Source of the DNA: Chiloscyllium plagiosum
Taxonomy: Eukaryota
DNA: 64,000 bases
Assembly (NCBI RefSeq): GCF_004010195.1
Contig: NC_057719.1
Coordinates: forward strand, 61,672,467-61,736,466
Reading direction: 5' to 3'
How positions within the stretch are numbered: the stretch's first letter is position 1; each line of letters starts with the position of its first letter. Below are positions 35,382-48,808 of this stretch, one piece after another. Both the position numbers and the translations under genes were made by a program. Below the pieces are notes generated by a model that did not search any database, was not told the DNA's origin, and saw only the letters and a list, made by a program, of their open reading frames with translations.

Positions 35382-38300
35382 AACATGAGAACATCATCAG
35401 TAGATCCAGAAAGAGACCATTTGGCCCCTCTAGCTCACTTTGCTATTCAATAAGATTGTGGCTGATCTGATTATGTCCCTATGTCTACTTTACTGCCATA
35501 AGCCTTGACTCCCATATTGATTAAAAATGCCAATCTTGAATATATTCAATGATATTTACTTTTAAGGAGAGAGAATTCTGAAGATTGATCATGATCTGAG
35601 AATAATGAGTAGAGTGGGTTCTTTCTTAATTTAAGTTTTATTGAGATATGTCTCTTGATTAAACTTAAAGTATAAGCCATAAGTATTAATTTAACCTAGA
35701 GCAGTGTTTTGGAGAGGAATAAGACAGTGCTATTTTCTGGGTCTATAGATTGAAGAAGTGAAAATAGCCTTTAGCAGAGTGATATGCTCTACTTGTCGGA
35801 TGTGTGAGTTCAGGGAGAGTTTACGGGTTACTGAGGATTATATCTGCAATAAATGCCGTTGGTTGCAAATCCTGTCAGATCAAATAGATCGGTTGGAGAG
35901 ACAGTTAGAGGCAATGAGGAATTTACAAGAGCAAAGGGATGTGATGGTGGCAGTTATAGGAAGGGAGAACAGTCACAGATACAGTCACATAGATGGATTA
36001 ACTCCAGGAAAGGTAAGAGAGATAGGCAGTTAATGCGGGATTCTTCTGTGGCCATCCCCATTTCAAAATGTTTTGGAAAATGTAGGGAGTGATGGATTAT
36101 CAGGGAAACGTAGCACGCACAGCCAAGTTTCTGGCATTGAAACTGGCTCTAATGCAACGAGGGGTTCGTCGGGTTCCAAGAGATCAATTGTGTTAGGGGA
36201 TTCTCTAGTCCGAGGTACAGACAGATGTTTTTGCGGCCAGCAGCGAAAAATCAGAATGGTGTGTTGCTTCCCTGGTGCCAGGATCAAGGATGTCTCAGAG
36301 AGAATGCAGAATGTTCTCAAGGGGAGGAGGGGTCAGCAAGAGGTCATTGTACACATTGGAACCAATGACATAGGAAGGGAAAAGGTTGAGATTCTGAAGG
36401 GAGATTACAAAGAGTTCGGCAGAAATTTAAAAAGGAACTCCTCGAGAGTAGTAATATCTGGATTACTCCCGGTGCTTCGAGCTAGTGAGGGCAGGAATAG
36501 CAGGATAGAGCAGGTGAATGCATGGCTGAGGAGCTGGTGTATGGGAGAAGGATTCACATTTTTGGATCTTGGAAGCTGTTTTGAGGTAGAAGTGACCTGT
36601 ACAAGAAGGACGGATTGCACCTAAATTGGAAGGGGATTAATATACTGGAAGGGAGATTTGCTAGAGCAGCTCAGGAGGATTTAAACTAGACAGGTGGAGT
36701 GGTGAGACCCACGGAGATAGTGAGGAAAGAGATCAATCTGAGACTGGTACAGTTGAGAACAAAGGCGAGTCAAACGGTTAGGGCAGGGATGGACAAAACA
36801 GAGAACAAGATAGGACTGATAAATTAAACTGCATTTATTTCAATGCAAGAGGCCTAACAGGGAAGGCAGATGAACTCAGGGCATGGTTAGGAACATGGGA
36901 GTGTGCTATCATTGCAATTACAGAAACATGGTTCAGGGATGGACAGAACTGGCAGTTTAATGTCCCAGGATACAAATGCTACAGGAAGGACAGAAAGGGA
37001 GGCAAGAGAGGAGGGGGAGTGGCATTTTTGGTAAGGGATAGCATTTCAGCTGTACTGAGGGAGGATATTCCTGGAAATACATCCAGGGAAGTTATTTGGA
37101 TGGAACTGAGAAATAAGAAAGGGATGATCACATTATTGGGATTGTATAATAGACACCCCCCCCCCTCCCCCCAGTAGTCAGAGGGAAATTGAGAAACAAA
37201 TTTGTAAGGAGATCTCAGTTATCTGTAAGAATAATAGGGTGGTTATGGTAGGGGATTTTAATTTTTCAAACATCGACTGGGACTGCCATAGTGTTAAAGG
37301 TTTAGATGGAGAGGAGTGTGTACAAGAAAATTTTCTGATTCAGTATGTGGATGTACCTACTAGAGAAGGTGCAAAACTTGACTTACTCTTGGGAAATAAG
37401 GCAGGGCAGATGACTGAGGTGTCAGTGGGGGAGCACTTTGGGGCCAGCGACCATAATTCTATTAGTTTTAAAATTGTGATGGAAAAGGATAAACCAGATC
37501 TAAAAGTTGAAGTTCTAAATTGGAGAAAGGCTAATTTTGTTGGTATTAGGCAAGAGCTTTCAAAAGCTGATTGGGGGCAGGTATTTGCAAGAAAAGGGAT
37601 GGCTGGAAAATGGAAAGCCTTCAGAAATTAGATAACGAGGGTCCAGAGACAATATATTCCTGTTAGGGTGAAAGGAAAGGAAAGGCTGGTAGGTATAGGG
37701 AATGCTGGATGACAAAGGAAATTGAGTGTTTGGTTAAGAAAAAGAAAGAAGCATTTGTCAGATATAGACAGGAGAGATCAAGTGAATCCTTAGAAGAGTA
37801 TAAAGGCAGAGGGAAATCAGGAGGGCAAAAAGGGGACATGAGATAGCTTTGACAAATAGAGTTAAGGAGAATCCAAAGGGTTTTCAAAATACATTAAGGA
37901 CAAAAAGGGTAACTAGGGAGAGAATAGGGCCCCTCAAAGATCAGCAAGGCAGCCTTTGTGTGCTGCCACAGGAGATGGGGGAGATACTAAATGAGTATTT
38001 TGCAAGAGTATTTACTGTGGAAAGGACATGGAAGATATAGAATGTAGGGAAATAGATGGTAACATCTTGCAAAATATCCATATTACAGAGGAGGAAGTGC
38101 TGGATGTCTTGAAATGCATAAAGATGGATAAATCCCCAGGACCTGATCAGGTGTACCCGAGAACTCTGTCGGAAGCTGGGGAAGTGATTGCTGGGCCTCT
38201 TACTGAGATATTTGTATCATTGATAGTCACAAGTGAGGTGCCGGAAGACTGGAGGTTGGCTAACATGGTGCCACTGCTTAAGAAAGGTGTTAAGGACAAG

Positions 38301-39965
38301 CCAAGGAACTTTAGACCGGTGAGCCTGACCTCGGTGGTGGGCAAGTTGTTGAAGGGAGTCCTGAGGGACAGGACGTACATGTATTAGGAAAGGCAAAGAC
38401 TTGTTAGGGATAGTCAACATGGCTTTGTGCATGGGAAATCATGTCTCACAAACTTGATTGAGGTTTTTGAAGAAGTAACAAAGAGGGCAGAGCAGTAGAT
38501 GTGATCTATATGGACTCCAGTAAGGCGTTCAGCAAGGTTCCCCATGGGAGACTGGTTAGCAAGGTTAGATCTCACAGAATACAGGGAGAACTAGCCATTT
38601 GGATACAGAACTGGCTCAAAGGTAGAAGACAGAGGGTGGTGGTGGAGGGTTGTTTTTCAGACTGGAGGCCTGTGACCAATGGAGTGTCACAAAGGTTGGT
38701 GCTGGATCTACCACTTTTCATAATTTATATGAATGATTTGGATGTGAGCATAAGAGGTATAGTTAGTAAGTTTGCAGATGACATCAATATTGGAGGTGTA
38801 GTGGACAGCGAAGCAGGTTACCTCAGATTACAACAGGATCTTGACCAGATGGGCCAATGGGCTGAGAAGTGGCAGATGGAGTTTAATTAAGATAAATGTG
38901 AGGTGCTGTATTTTGGGAAAACAAATCTTAGCAGGATTTATACACTTAATGGTAAGGTTCGAGGGAGTATTGTTGAACAAAGAGACCTTGGCATGCAGGT
39001 TCAATGCTCCTTAAAAGTAGAGTCTCTGGTAGATAGGATAGTGAAGAAGGCGTTTGGTATGCTTTCCTACATTGGTCAGAGTATTGAGTACTGAAGTTGG
39101 GAGGTCATGTTGCAGCTGTACAGGACACTGTGGGAATATTGCATGCACTTCTGGTCTCCTTCCTATCGGAAAGGTGTTGTGAAACTTGAAAGGGTTCAGA
39201 AACGATTTACAAGGATGTTGCCAGGGTTGGAGGATTTGAGCTACAGGAAGGTTGAACAAGCTGGGGCTGTTTTCTCTGGAGAGTTGGAGGCTGGGGAGTG
39301 ACATCAGAGAGGTTTATAAAATCATGAGGGGCATGGATCGGATAAATAGACAAATTCTTTTCCCTGGTGTGGGGAGAGTCAAGATAGGTATAGGGTGAGA
39401 AGGGAAAGAAATAAAAGAGTCCTGAGGGGCAACTTTTTCACACAGAGGATGGTACGTGCATAGAATGAGCTGCCATAGGAAGTGGTGGAGGTTAGTACAA
39501 TTCCAACATTTAAAAGGCATTTGGATGGGTATATGAATAGGAAGGGTTGGAGGAATATGGGTCGCGAGCTGGGAGGTGGAATTAGATTGGGTTGGGATAT
39601 CTGGTCGGCATGGACTGGTTGGACCGAAGGGGATGTTTCCATGCTGTACATCTCTTTAAGACATTCTTCTCAAGGAAGATCCCTTGTTTCCAAAATGTGC
39701 CCCTCAGTTCTAGATTTCCTCTCAAGAGGAAACGTCTACCTATCTGTATCTAGCTCATCAAGCCCTCTTAGAATCGGATGTGTGTCAATAAGATCACCTC
39801 CCAACTGTTTTACTCCATTGAGTATAAGCCCAATTTGCTGAATGCTTCTTCATAAAACAACCTCTTCATTCCATGATTCAACTTAATGCACATTCTCTGA
39901 ACTTTCTTTAATACAAGTTTAGCACTTTTTTAAATAAGGAGACCATGGTTGGGCACAGTACATCA
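35382..39965 (-). mobile_element. Old CR1 3' fragment (35382-35602 and 39660-39965) split by a full-length CR1
   Basis: The reversed 3' UTR before 35602 continues colinearly after 39660 (gtgcccctcagttctagatt...). Confidence 0.6.
35603..39655 (+). mobile_element. Full-length but decayed CR1/HER1 LINE (5' UTR, ORF1 about 35758-36689, ORF2 about 36820-39590)
   Basis: ORF1 has CSTC..CNKC Zn motif, leucine heptads, IVLGDSLVRG and HIGTND. ORF2 has FNARGL, AITETW, GDFN, SDHN and KFADD. Multiple stops and frameshifts. Confidence 0.95.
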
Positions 39966-40589
39966 TAGCAAATAGGAGATTGTGAAGGAGAAGACCAGAA
40001 GTCATTTTTGACAGAATTTTAGATTTATCAAAAGTGAAGCATCACAACCCTATAGCCCCTAACTCTACATCCTAAACAGCACCTTTAGTTCCAGATACAC
40101 TCTTTTGAAAATTGATTAAACCAAATTAACAACTCTTTAAAGGGCCAAGAATCCCTTTGTAAGCGCTCAAGCATAGAAGCAACAGTGTACTTAACTTTTA
40201 TTAATACATTTAACAGAATCCTTTCTTCATCTTTAAATATGCAAAACAATATTTCAAAATAATTCAAAGATAAAGAAATGTCCAGATCCAGTACAAAGCA
40301 TTGAATTACAAGATGCTCCTCTTTGAGGGTCCCAATAATTTTTTAATGCAAGCACCATTTTGGTGGAGCAAAATGATAGTCAATCATTTGCATCAACCCA
40401 TTTTGCTTTGGAAATTTCCTTTCTTTCAAAAATATATTGACTGAACAATGCGCAATCCTTAATCTTATCTCGCATACCTTTTATCGAGTGTAAGTTATCC
40501 TTTGATAACCCATAGGACATCTTCTTGCTATCTTCTTTTTTTAGAGTGTAAATTACCCCATAATGGATGATTATCCAGTGAACATTCAA

Positions 40590-40735
40590 GTTCATCAGCT
40601 CTTCAGCTCTGACGAAGAGTCATCTAGAATCGAAAGGTTAGCATGCTCTCTCTCCACAGATGCTGCCAGACCAACTGAGATCACCAGCATTTCTTTTTCA
40701 GTACAGACTCCAGCATGCAGTAATTTGTTCCTCCA
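40590..40735 (+). mobile_element. Penelope-like solo arm beginning at a hammerhead motif
   Basis: Arm 'ctctccacagatgctgccagacc...ccagcatgcagt' preceded by a hammerhead motif and a tiny inverted ttcatcagct. Confidence 0.7.
40606..40642 (+). ncRNA. Slightly decayed minimal hammerhead motif
   Basis: GCT-CTGACGA-A-GAGTC-ATCTA-GAATC-GAAA-GG-TT-AGC; one mismatch in helix II and one in helix III. Confidence 0.45.
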
Positions 40736-40844
40736 GCTCCATACAATCCATTGTCCAGTGGTGGAAAAAGTAGTCCAAACTTGACCCAGGAAAAGCTGTA
40801 TGACAAAGCATGGGTCTGTCGTTCAGGACTTAGATGGGTAAGGA

Positions 40845-41078
40845 TGTAGTGATTGGAATGAGGTCAGCAAGTGGACTTCATAGAATATGAGTTCCCTGAT
40901 TGGGACTTGTTAACCTGGTCTAATCAGGGAGTCCTGTCTGACAGATGTAAACAGGAGCACCAGGGCTTCTGCTCACTCTAGAGCCAGCTCTGTGCCAGCT
41001 GGACAAGTGTCAAGTACTATGCACGTATAAATGAAAGGTGACTTAGTCATGGGATACTGGCCTCTGTGGAGTTTGTTT
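40845..41078 (+). mobile_element. Probable short solo LTR (Gypsy-type)
   Basis: Begins TGTAG, contains inverted ccctgattgg/ctaatcaggg, TATA-like and polyA-like remnants. Recognised by eye; 3' CA decayed. Confidence 0.45.
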
Positions 41079-41182
41079 GGTTTCCATTCTGCATTGCTGG
41101 CTTCTTAAAGAGAGTGGTAACATGGGACTGAATGTAACATTTTTCTTGGCTAAGTGCAGATTGAATTTTCTGGACGGATTCT

Positions 41183-41662
41183 TGGACTGGATGGGTGCAG
41201 CTCCAACAACACTCAAGAAGCTTGGCACCATCCAGGACAAAGCAACCCACTTGATTGGCGCCGCATCTACAAACATTCAATCCCTCCACCACGGGCACTC
41301 AGTAGCAGCAGTGTGTGCTATCTACAAGATGCACTGCAGAAATTCATCAAAGATCCTTAGACAGCACCTTCCAAACCCATGACCACCTCCATCTAGAATA
41401 AGAAGGGCAGCAGATACTTGGGAAAACCACGACCTGCAAGTTCCCCTCCAAACCACTCACCACCCTGACTTGGAAATATACTGCCGTTCCTTCACAGTCA
41501 TTGGGTCAAAGTCCTGGATTTCCCTCCCTACTGGCATTGTGGGTCAACCCACAGCAAATGGACTGCAGTGATTCAAGAAGGCAACTTCTCAAGGTATAAA
41601 TAGGGATGGGCTATACTGCTGGTCTGCCAGTGATGCCCAAATCCCACAAATGAATGAAAAAA
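41183..41662 (+). mobile_element. CR1/L2-superfamily LINE 3' fragment (distinct family)
   Basis: WMGAAPTTLKKLGTIQDKATHLIG...SLHHGHSVAAVCAIYKMH; TGAA/A-rich tail. Confidence 0.8.
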
Positions 41663-42413
41663 ATTCTTGCCACAAAGCCCAGTGAGATTTCTCATATCTT
41701 ACCAAGCATGTCTCATGAACTATCTACCCCACATCTATGGCATCCCTCTTGCCCAATTCTAGCCCTGTATTATCAGGTGTCATTCTCAGAACACCTCACC
41801 TCTCAGTGGATATTCACTGAATGGCTTGCACCCATTGTATGGGGCATGTGTTTTAGTTTTGTGTTTTTAGAAACTGGAGACTGAAATGAGAAAAAGCTGT
41901 TTGCAAGAATAGACACAAAACAAGTAACCTGACACCCACACCTGACATCATGTAAACTAGAGGTTTTCAACCATTGTGCCACAGTGTTTTCCAATACTAT
42001 GCACATGTTGTGATTCAGCACTGCACATGCACAGGAACAAACATTCGTTATGAGAGGAAACTGCATATGTGCAGTAAAAAAGGCACACAATTGAAACAGC
42101 TGTTGAATTAGCCTGTCTGGACATGTTTCTATGTCAGCATGGATTTTAACGTGAATATTTTTGGATTTTTTATTCTTATACTATTTATCCAACTCATAGA
42201 TACTAAGAAAAAATGGATTGGTTTCTTACCAAAAGAGGTGATTCCTCTGCTAATTTGTCAATGAAACATCTGAACACAAAGAATAGAAAGCAAGAACTGT
42301 TCCGAGAGATATCTGACCTTTAGGTTTTCAAGCATAGGCAATGCCGTTTTCCCCTTACCTGAATATCTCACCTGTTGAGAAAAGTTGGCAAACACTGTGA
42401 CAGTACCAAGTAT

Positions 42414-42602
42414 TGTGATTGTGGTTCAGTGAAACCAGAAATTGAACACAAGGTAGGCAGACAGTAAACGTAGACAGGGAATGATTTATTGTGGGTCCTT
42501 TTAGCTCCACAGTTGGTCCTAGACTATCTCTCTAATCCTGGTTTCCAGTCACCTGACCCAGTCTCTGAAAGGGGCCCTACACACCCAACCACATACATAA
42601 CA
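42414..42602 (-). mobile_element. 3' LTR of the Gypsy element
   Basis: TG...CA termini, AATAAA on the minus strand (atttatt near 42484), purine tract (gggagtgg on minus, 42603-42610) immediately internal. Confidence 0.6.
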
Positions 42603-42683
42603 CCACTCCCACTTTATTTCCATACTCCCCTTTTTTGTAATATATACAATAATTGTAACTATTATACAAGTATTATAGCTAAC

Positions 42684-45048
42684 ATAGAGTCATAGAGATG
42701 TACAGCACAGAACCAGACCCTTCAGTCCAAAGCGTCCATGCCATCCAGATATCCCACCTTAACCTAGCCCCATTTGCGAGCACTTGGCCCATATCCCTCT
42801 AAACCCTTCCTATTCATATACCCATCCAGATGCCTTTTAAATGCTGTAATTGTACCAGCCTCCACCACTTCCTCTGGTAGCTCATTGCATGCATGCACCA
42901 CCCTCTGCGTGAAAACATTACTCCTTAGGTCCCTTTTAAATCTTTCCCCTCTCACCCTAAATCTATGCCCTCTAGTTCTGGACACCCCCTATGCAGGGAA
43001 AATACCTTGTGTATTTACCATATCCATGCCATGCACCCTTCATGATTTTAAATACCTCAAAAAAGTCACTCCTCAGCCTCCAACATTCCAGGGAAAACAG
43101 CCCCAGCCTCTTCAGTCTCTCCCTATAGCTCAAATCCCCCAATTCTGGCAACATTCTTGTAAATATGTTCTGAACACTTTCAGGTTTCACAACATCCTTG
43201 CGATAGGAAAGAGACCAGAATTGTGTGCAATATTCCTAAAGTGGCATAACCAATGTTCTCTACAGCTGCAACATGACCACCCAACTTCCATGCTCAACGT
43301 CCTGACCAATAAAGGAAAGCATAACAAATGCCTTCTTCACTATTCTATCTACCTGTGACTCTACTTTCAAGGAGCTATGAACCGACACTCCAAGGTCTCT
43401 TTGTTCAGCAACACTCCCCAGGACCTTACCAGTGTATAAGTCTCACTCTGATTCGCTTTTCCAAAAATGCAGCACCTTGCATTTATCTGAATTAAACTCC
43501 ATCTGCCACTCCTCAGCCCATTGGCCCATCTGATCAAGATCCTGTTGTATTCTAAGGTAACCTTCTTCGTTTCTACTACACCACCAATTTTGTTGTCATC
43601 TGCAAACTTACTAACTATACCTCCAGTATTCATATCCAAATCATTTCTATAAATGACGAAAAGTAGAGGACCCAGCACCGATCCTTATGGCACTCCACTG
43701 GTCACAGGCCTCCAGTCTGAAAAGCAATCCTCCTCCACCAGCACCCTCTGTCTTCTACCTTCGAGCCAGTTCTGTATCCAAATGGCTATTTGTCCCTGTA
43801 TTTCATGAGATCTAACCTTGCTAACCAGTCTTCTATGAGGAACCTTTTTGAATGCTTTACTGAAGTCTATGTAAATCTCATCCACCGCTCTGCCCTCATA
43901 AATTCTCTTTGCTACTTTTTAAAAAAATTCAATCAAGTTTGTGAGACATGATTTCTCATGCACAAAGCCATGCAGACTACCCCTAATCAGTCCTTGCCTT
44001 TCCAAATACATGTAAATCCTGTCCCTCAGGACTTTCTCCAACAACTCGCCCACCACCAATGTCAGACTCACTAATCTAAAGTTCCCTGGCTTTGCCTTAC
44101 CACCTTTCTTAAATAATGGCACCACGTTAGCCACCCTCCAGTCTTCCAGCACCTCGCCTTTATTTGTACAGCCTCACTTCACCTCGATGATACAAATATG
44201 TCAGCAAGGGACCCAGCAATTGCTTCTATGGCTTCCCGCAGAGTTCTAAGGTACACCTGATCAGGTCCTGCAGATTTATCAACTTTTATGCATTTTACAA
44301 CATCCAGTACCTCCTCCTCTGCAATATGGATATTTTTCAAGATGTCACCATCTATTTCCCTACATTCTATATCTTCCATGTACTTCTCGACAGTAAACAC
44401 TGATGCAAAATACTCGTTTAGTATCTCATCTATCTCCTGCGGCTCCACACATAGACTGCCTTTGAGGAACCCTCTTCTCTCCCTAGTTATCCTTTTGTCC
44501 TCAATGTATTGAGAAAAACCCTTTGAATTGTCCTTAACCCTATTTGCCAAAGCTATCTCATGTCCTGTTTTTGTTCTCCTGATTTCCCTCTTAAGTATAC
44601 TCCTACAGCCTTTGTATTCTTCTCAAGATTCACTTGATCTCTCCTGTCTATGTCTGGCATATGCTTCCTTATTTCTCTTAACCAAAACTTCAATTTCTCT
44701 CATTATCCAGCATTCCCTGTACCTACCAGCCTTTCCTTTCACCCTAACAGGAATATACTGTCTCTGGACTTTAGTTATCTCAGTTTGAAGGCTTCCCATT
44801 TTCCATCCTTCCCTTTACCTGCCCCCAATCAGCTTTTGAAAGTTATTGCCAAATACCATCAAAATTGGCCTTCCTTCAATTTATAACTTCAACTTTTGGA
44901 TCCATTCTTTCCTTTTCCATCACTATTTTAAAACTCATAGAATTAGGATCACTGGCCCCAAAGTGCTCCCCCAGTGACACCTCAATCACCTTCCCTGCCT
45001 TATTCCCCAAGAGTAGGTCTCAAGTTTTGCACCTTCTCTAGTAGGTGC
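42684..45048 (-). mobile_element. 5'-truncated CR1/HER1 LINE inserted in the Gypsy 3' region
   Basis: ORF pieces EILNEYFASVF, NFRLVSLT, YIDFSKAF and KFADDNK; catagagtcatagag tail. Confidence 0.95.
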
Positions 45049-48000
45049 ACATTACAAAAATGCATGGAAAAAGAAAACGAGCCTTGACATGACTAGTTTC
45101 TCAGGGGATGGCAATAGCTGAAAGACTGTCTCCTCCTCTCAGGAACATTTCCTAGTGTAGTCCCCCAGGCTTTTGGAAGCTCCTTTTGTTCTTCAAAAAT
45201 GTCCCTTCCTGACTGGTTATCAATGCCCTTTGATACTACTCCCCAAGGTATGGCTAATCCTGGCTCAGAGACACATGACTCGGTCGACAGCACTTGTCCC
45301 ATCTGGACTGGCTTAATATTCTGAGGGAGCTCTCCCATTGGTGAGGTGCAGTGACCAACTGGTCTACACATCTCCTCCAGGCAAGTTCACCTCTAGTTTG
45401 CACCAGATATGACAACAGTCCTGTTTGAGCCACCACCCACCACTTAGATCCATTTTTCCCCAGATGTGTAATTCTAGGCCACATAGTGTCTCCTCTTTGG
45501 AATAACCTCCCACCCTTCTGGTCACTCATCTTTCTTGATTTCACTCTATCACCTCTCTGGTCTCTTCCAGCTACAGTAAGTCAAACATGGTTCTCAGCTG
45601 GCATTTAAACATTAGGAACACTGGCTAGCACTGGGGCATCGCATGTCGTGTGCGCTGAGGAACTTGTTGAGTTGCCATCCTGGTGAACTCTCTCCTTGCG
45701 AGGCTTTAAGGCCTGCTTCAAGGTTTGTACAAATCTCAGCATCTGGCCATTTGTCGTAGGGTGATATAGAGCCAATTTCACATGTCTGACTCCATGATTT
45801 TCTAGGTACTCCTTGAATTCTTGCATGATAAACTGTGGGGCATTGTTACTCATGACATGTTTGGGGTTCCCGATCTGGATATTTCATCCAGTTCTGTTGC
45901 TTCTGCCGATATCGATTTTGTGACTGCTATCTTGGGCGATTTGGAGTCGGCACCCATGACTACTATTAACAATCATTCCTCTTCTGATCCTGCAAACCCA
46001 AGGTGGATCTGTTGCCATGGTGATTGGGGCCAGTTCTAAGGGTTAAGGGGTGACAATGGTGGCGCCTTCTTTACTCATGCACAGGAATATGAGCCCACAT
46101 TTGGTCACTGGCTGGCTGGCTATTTCTTTTGTTTTCACCACACCAGGGTGCCCTTGATGCACTTATTCCAACAACTTTTCTCTTGACAAGGGAGGAATAA
46201 AAACTTTCATTCCTCATATTAAACACCCGTCTGATTCAGACAACTCTGACCTCTTAGACAGGTAAGGGTGCAATTCTGGGGCAGTATCGATGACAAGTCC
46301 TTCCTCTCAGGACTAAGTCCACCACTAGACTCATTCCAGATAGCGTTCTACACCAGACTTGCTGACACCAATAACTTGTCTTCACATCCCAGTCAGAAAC
46401 ATTCTTATTTTCTGATAGTACTAACCTTGATAAAGTATCTGCCTTGCTTTGCTTCTCCAACTGTCAGTATTTAAAATCATACGAGTAGGCTGACAGAGCC
46501 AGTGCCCATCTCTGCAAAGGTGCTGCAGCCATTGATGGTACTCCGGCATACAGGCCAAAAATGGAGATTAGCAGCCTGTGATCTGTCAGCAGCATGGAGT
46601 ATGTGCCATAAAGGAAATGGATAAACTTCTTATCACCAAGCGTGATGCCCAATCCTTCCTTTTCCCCTTGAACTTACTTCTGCTCTATCTTTGTTAGTGA
46701 CCTTGATGTGAATGCAATGGCCTTTCCTCTCCATTTGGCAAGATGTGTGACAGTACAGTATCAATCCCATAAGGCAGGATGTCACACACCAACTGCAGAG
46801 GCAACTTTGGGTCAAAATTCATCAAAACATCCATACATTTTAGGGATTGTTCCACTTCCTAGTAATCCTCACATCCATGGTACATGTCCATGGTCGCCCT
46901 TTTCCCAGCAACCAATGCAAGGATTTTAGCACAGTTGCCAGACTCAGCACAAACTTACCATAGTCATATACAAGTCCGAAGAATGATCTCAGCTGAAACA
47001 CACTCTCTAATTTAGGGGCCTTCACAATAGCCTCCATCTTCTTGGGCATCTTGTGCACTCCTTTACCAGTGATTACATTGCCCAGGTCTTTGGAAAAAAA
47101 CTCACATTTCACCTTTTTCAACTTTTAGGCCATGTTCCTGTAACCATTTGAGGGATTCTTCTAGGTTTTTCAAATGCTCCTGTTCAGAGATCCAGTAATC
47201 AAAATATTGTCTAGATAATACTTAACATTTGGTAATCCACTGAAAATTTAGTGTATGACCCTCTGGAGTAGAGCCGGCACTGACACGATCTAGTGGTGGG
47301 TGGGACTCCTTCACAACACCTATCTGCAAGTAGGCCTGTGGCAGATCCATTCTTGAGAAATTCTTTCCTCCAGCCAGTCTACTGAATGGGTCTTCAACGA
47401 TTGGAAGTGGATACTGATCTACACACAGGGCTCGGTAAATTGTGACCTTACAGATCCTCATTGCGCCATCTGTTTTTTAGAAGGAATGATTAGAGTGTCC
47501 CATTCACTCATGGCTCCTGTTTCCAATGCTTCCAGGTTCATCTGAGGAAATTAAAATGTCACAGAGGGGGCAGTTCCATGCTTACCTCTCTTTCAGGGCA
47601 CATTGGGACTTTAGGGTTAAAAATCCCACTACCAAATGACTTACTGCAACAGCAACTGAAAGCCTGTACTCTTTCAATCCTCACATGTGGATTCCCCCAT
47701 TCCACGCAAGTAAGCCAAGACAAGACCTTTGTCCTTTCCAGACAGGACTTATAGACCTGGCCCCAACCCTGGTTAACTGTCTCTCCCTCCCATTGTCTTA
47801 CTTCCCCTCCATATTAACATTGGTATTTGAATCCCCCTATTTACCTCTCCTCCATATTAGCATAGGTATGTGAGTTCCCCATGTGTAGCAGGCAAAACCT
47901 TTCTGTCGTATTTTCTTTCCATCAACACATTATCATGGAAGTTATGGTAATCGGTTTCTATAGTCCATTCACACATTATTACAAGACATCAACATTCGTC

Positions 48001-48670
48001 AGGTTTTGTAAATTCATAATTACCTATTTTAAGTTATGTGATGATAATCAATCATCCATGTGACTGATAAGTCTTTGTTCAATTCCTATAAAATATACTG
48101 TCTCTGGGTATAAGGCAGAGATTTGTGAAGAAGAGTCACTACAAGTAGGCACTCGGCTACTTTAGAGACACTTTGAATCTTTCGCCAGCTGTCTGATAAT
48201 AAAGTTACTGCTGTTGTATAGAAAACTGTGTCGTCCAGACTTTGAAACAAAGTAGACATCAACGCATTAGCCATTCCAGTTCCCCCTCCACTTTAGGCCG
48301 GGTGCACTTTCAGACTCCGTGGGTAAGCCTCTTGCTTCAACCAAAGTTTCATTTCTACTCCTTTCACTTTCTCCCGGGTTCCCTTTACGACATCATTATA
48401 TATGTTCAAAATGTTTTGCAAATTCGTTTTTTTAGCCTGCCAGTCTATTCAGCATGCCTCAGTTGAATTTTATTTTCTTTAACAAGCAGTGTCCGAATAA
48501 TGCAGGGCTGCTGCCTTTTATTACATACATGGGAATTCAGCACACGACTCCCTTAACTCCACTTTCACCAATACATAGCTCTTCACTGGCTTCATTTGTC
48601 TGTAGCGTATGTAGTGTATGTCTGTAGTGTATGTCTGTAGCGTAATCTTAGCTGGCTTTAAATGGCATTA

Positions 48671-48808
48671 GGCGAAAGGGAGGACTGCAGATGCTGGAGA
48701 TTAGAATCAAGATTAGTGTGATGCCGGACATGCACAGCAGGTCAGGCAGCATCCGAAGAGCAGGAAAGTCGACTTTTTGGGCAGGAGCCCTTCATCAGGA
48801 ATCAGGAA
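48671..48808 (-). mobile_element. Penelope-like solo arm with decayed hammerhead, inserted in Gypsy pol
   Basis: Minus strand ATTC-CTGATGA-A-GGGC-TCCT-GCCC-aAAAAGTC; arm homologous to 23656 and 59866; aatggca repeated at both flanks. Confidence 0.75.

Noticed and set aside
40380..40595. Candidate small exons on either strand
   Set aside because: Poor acceptors and conflicting strands.
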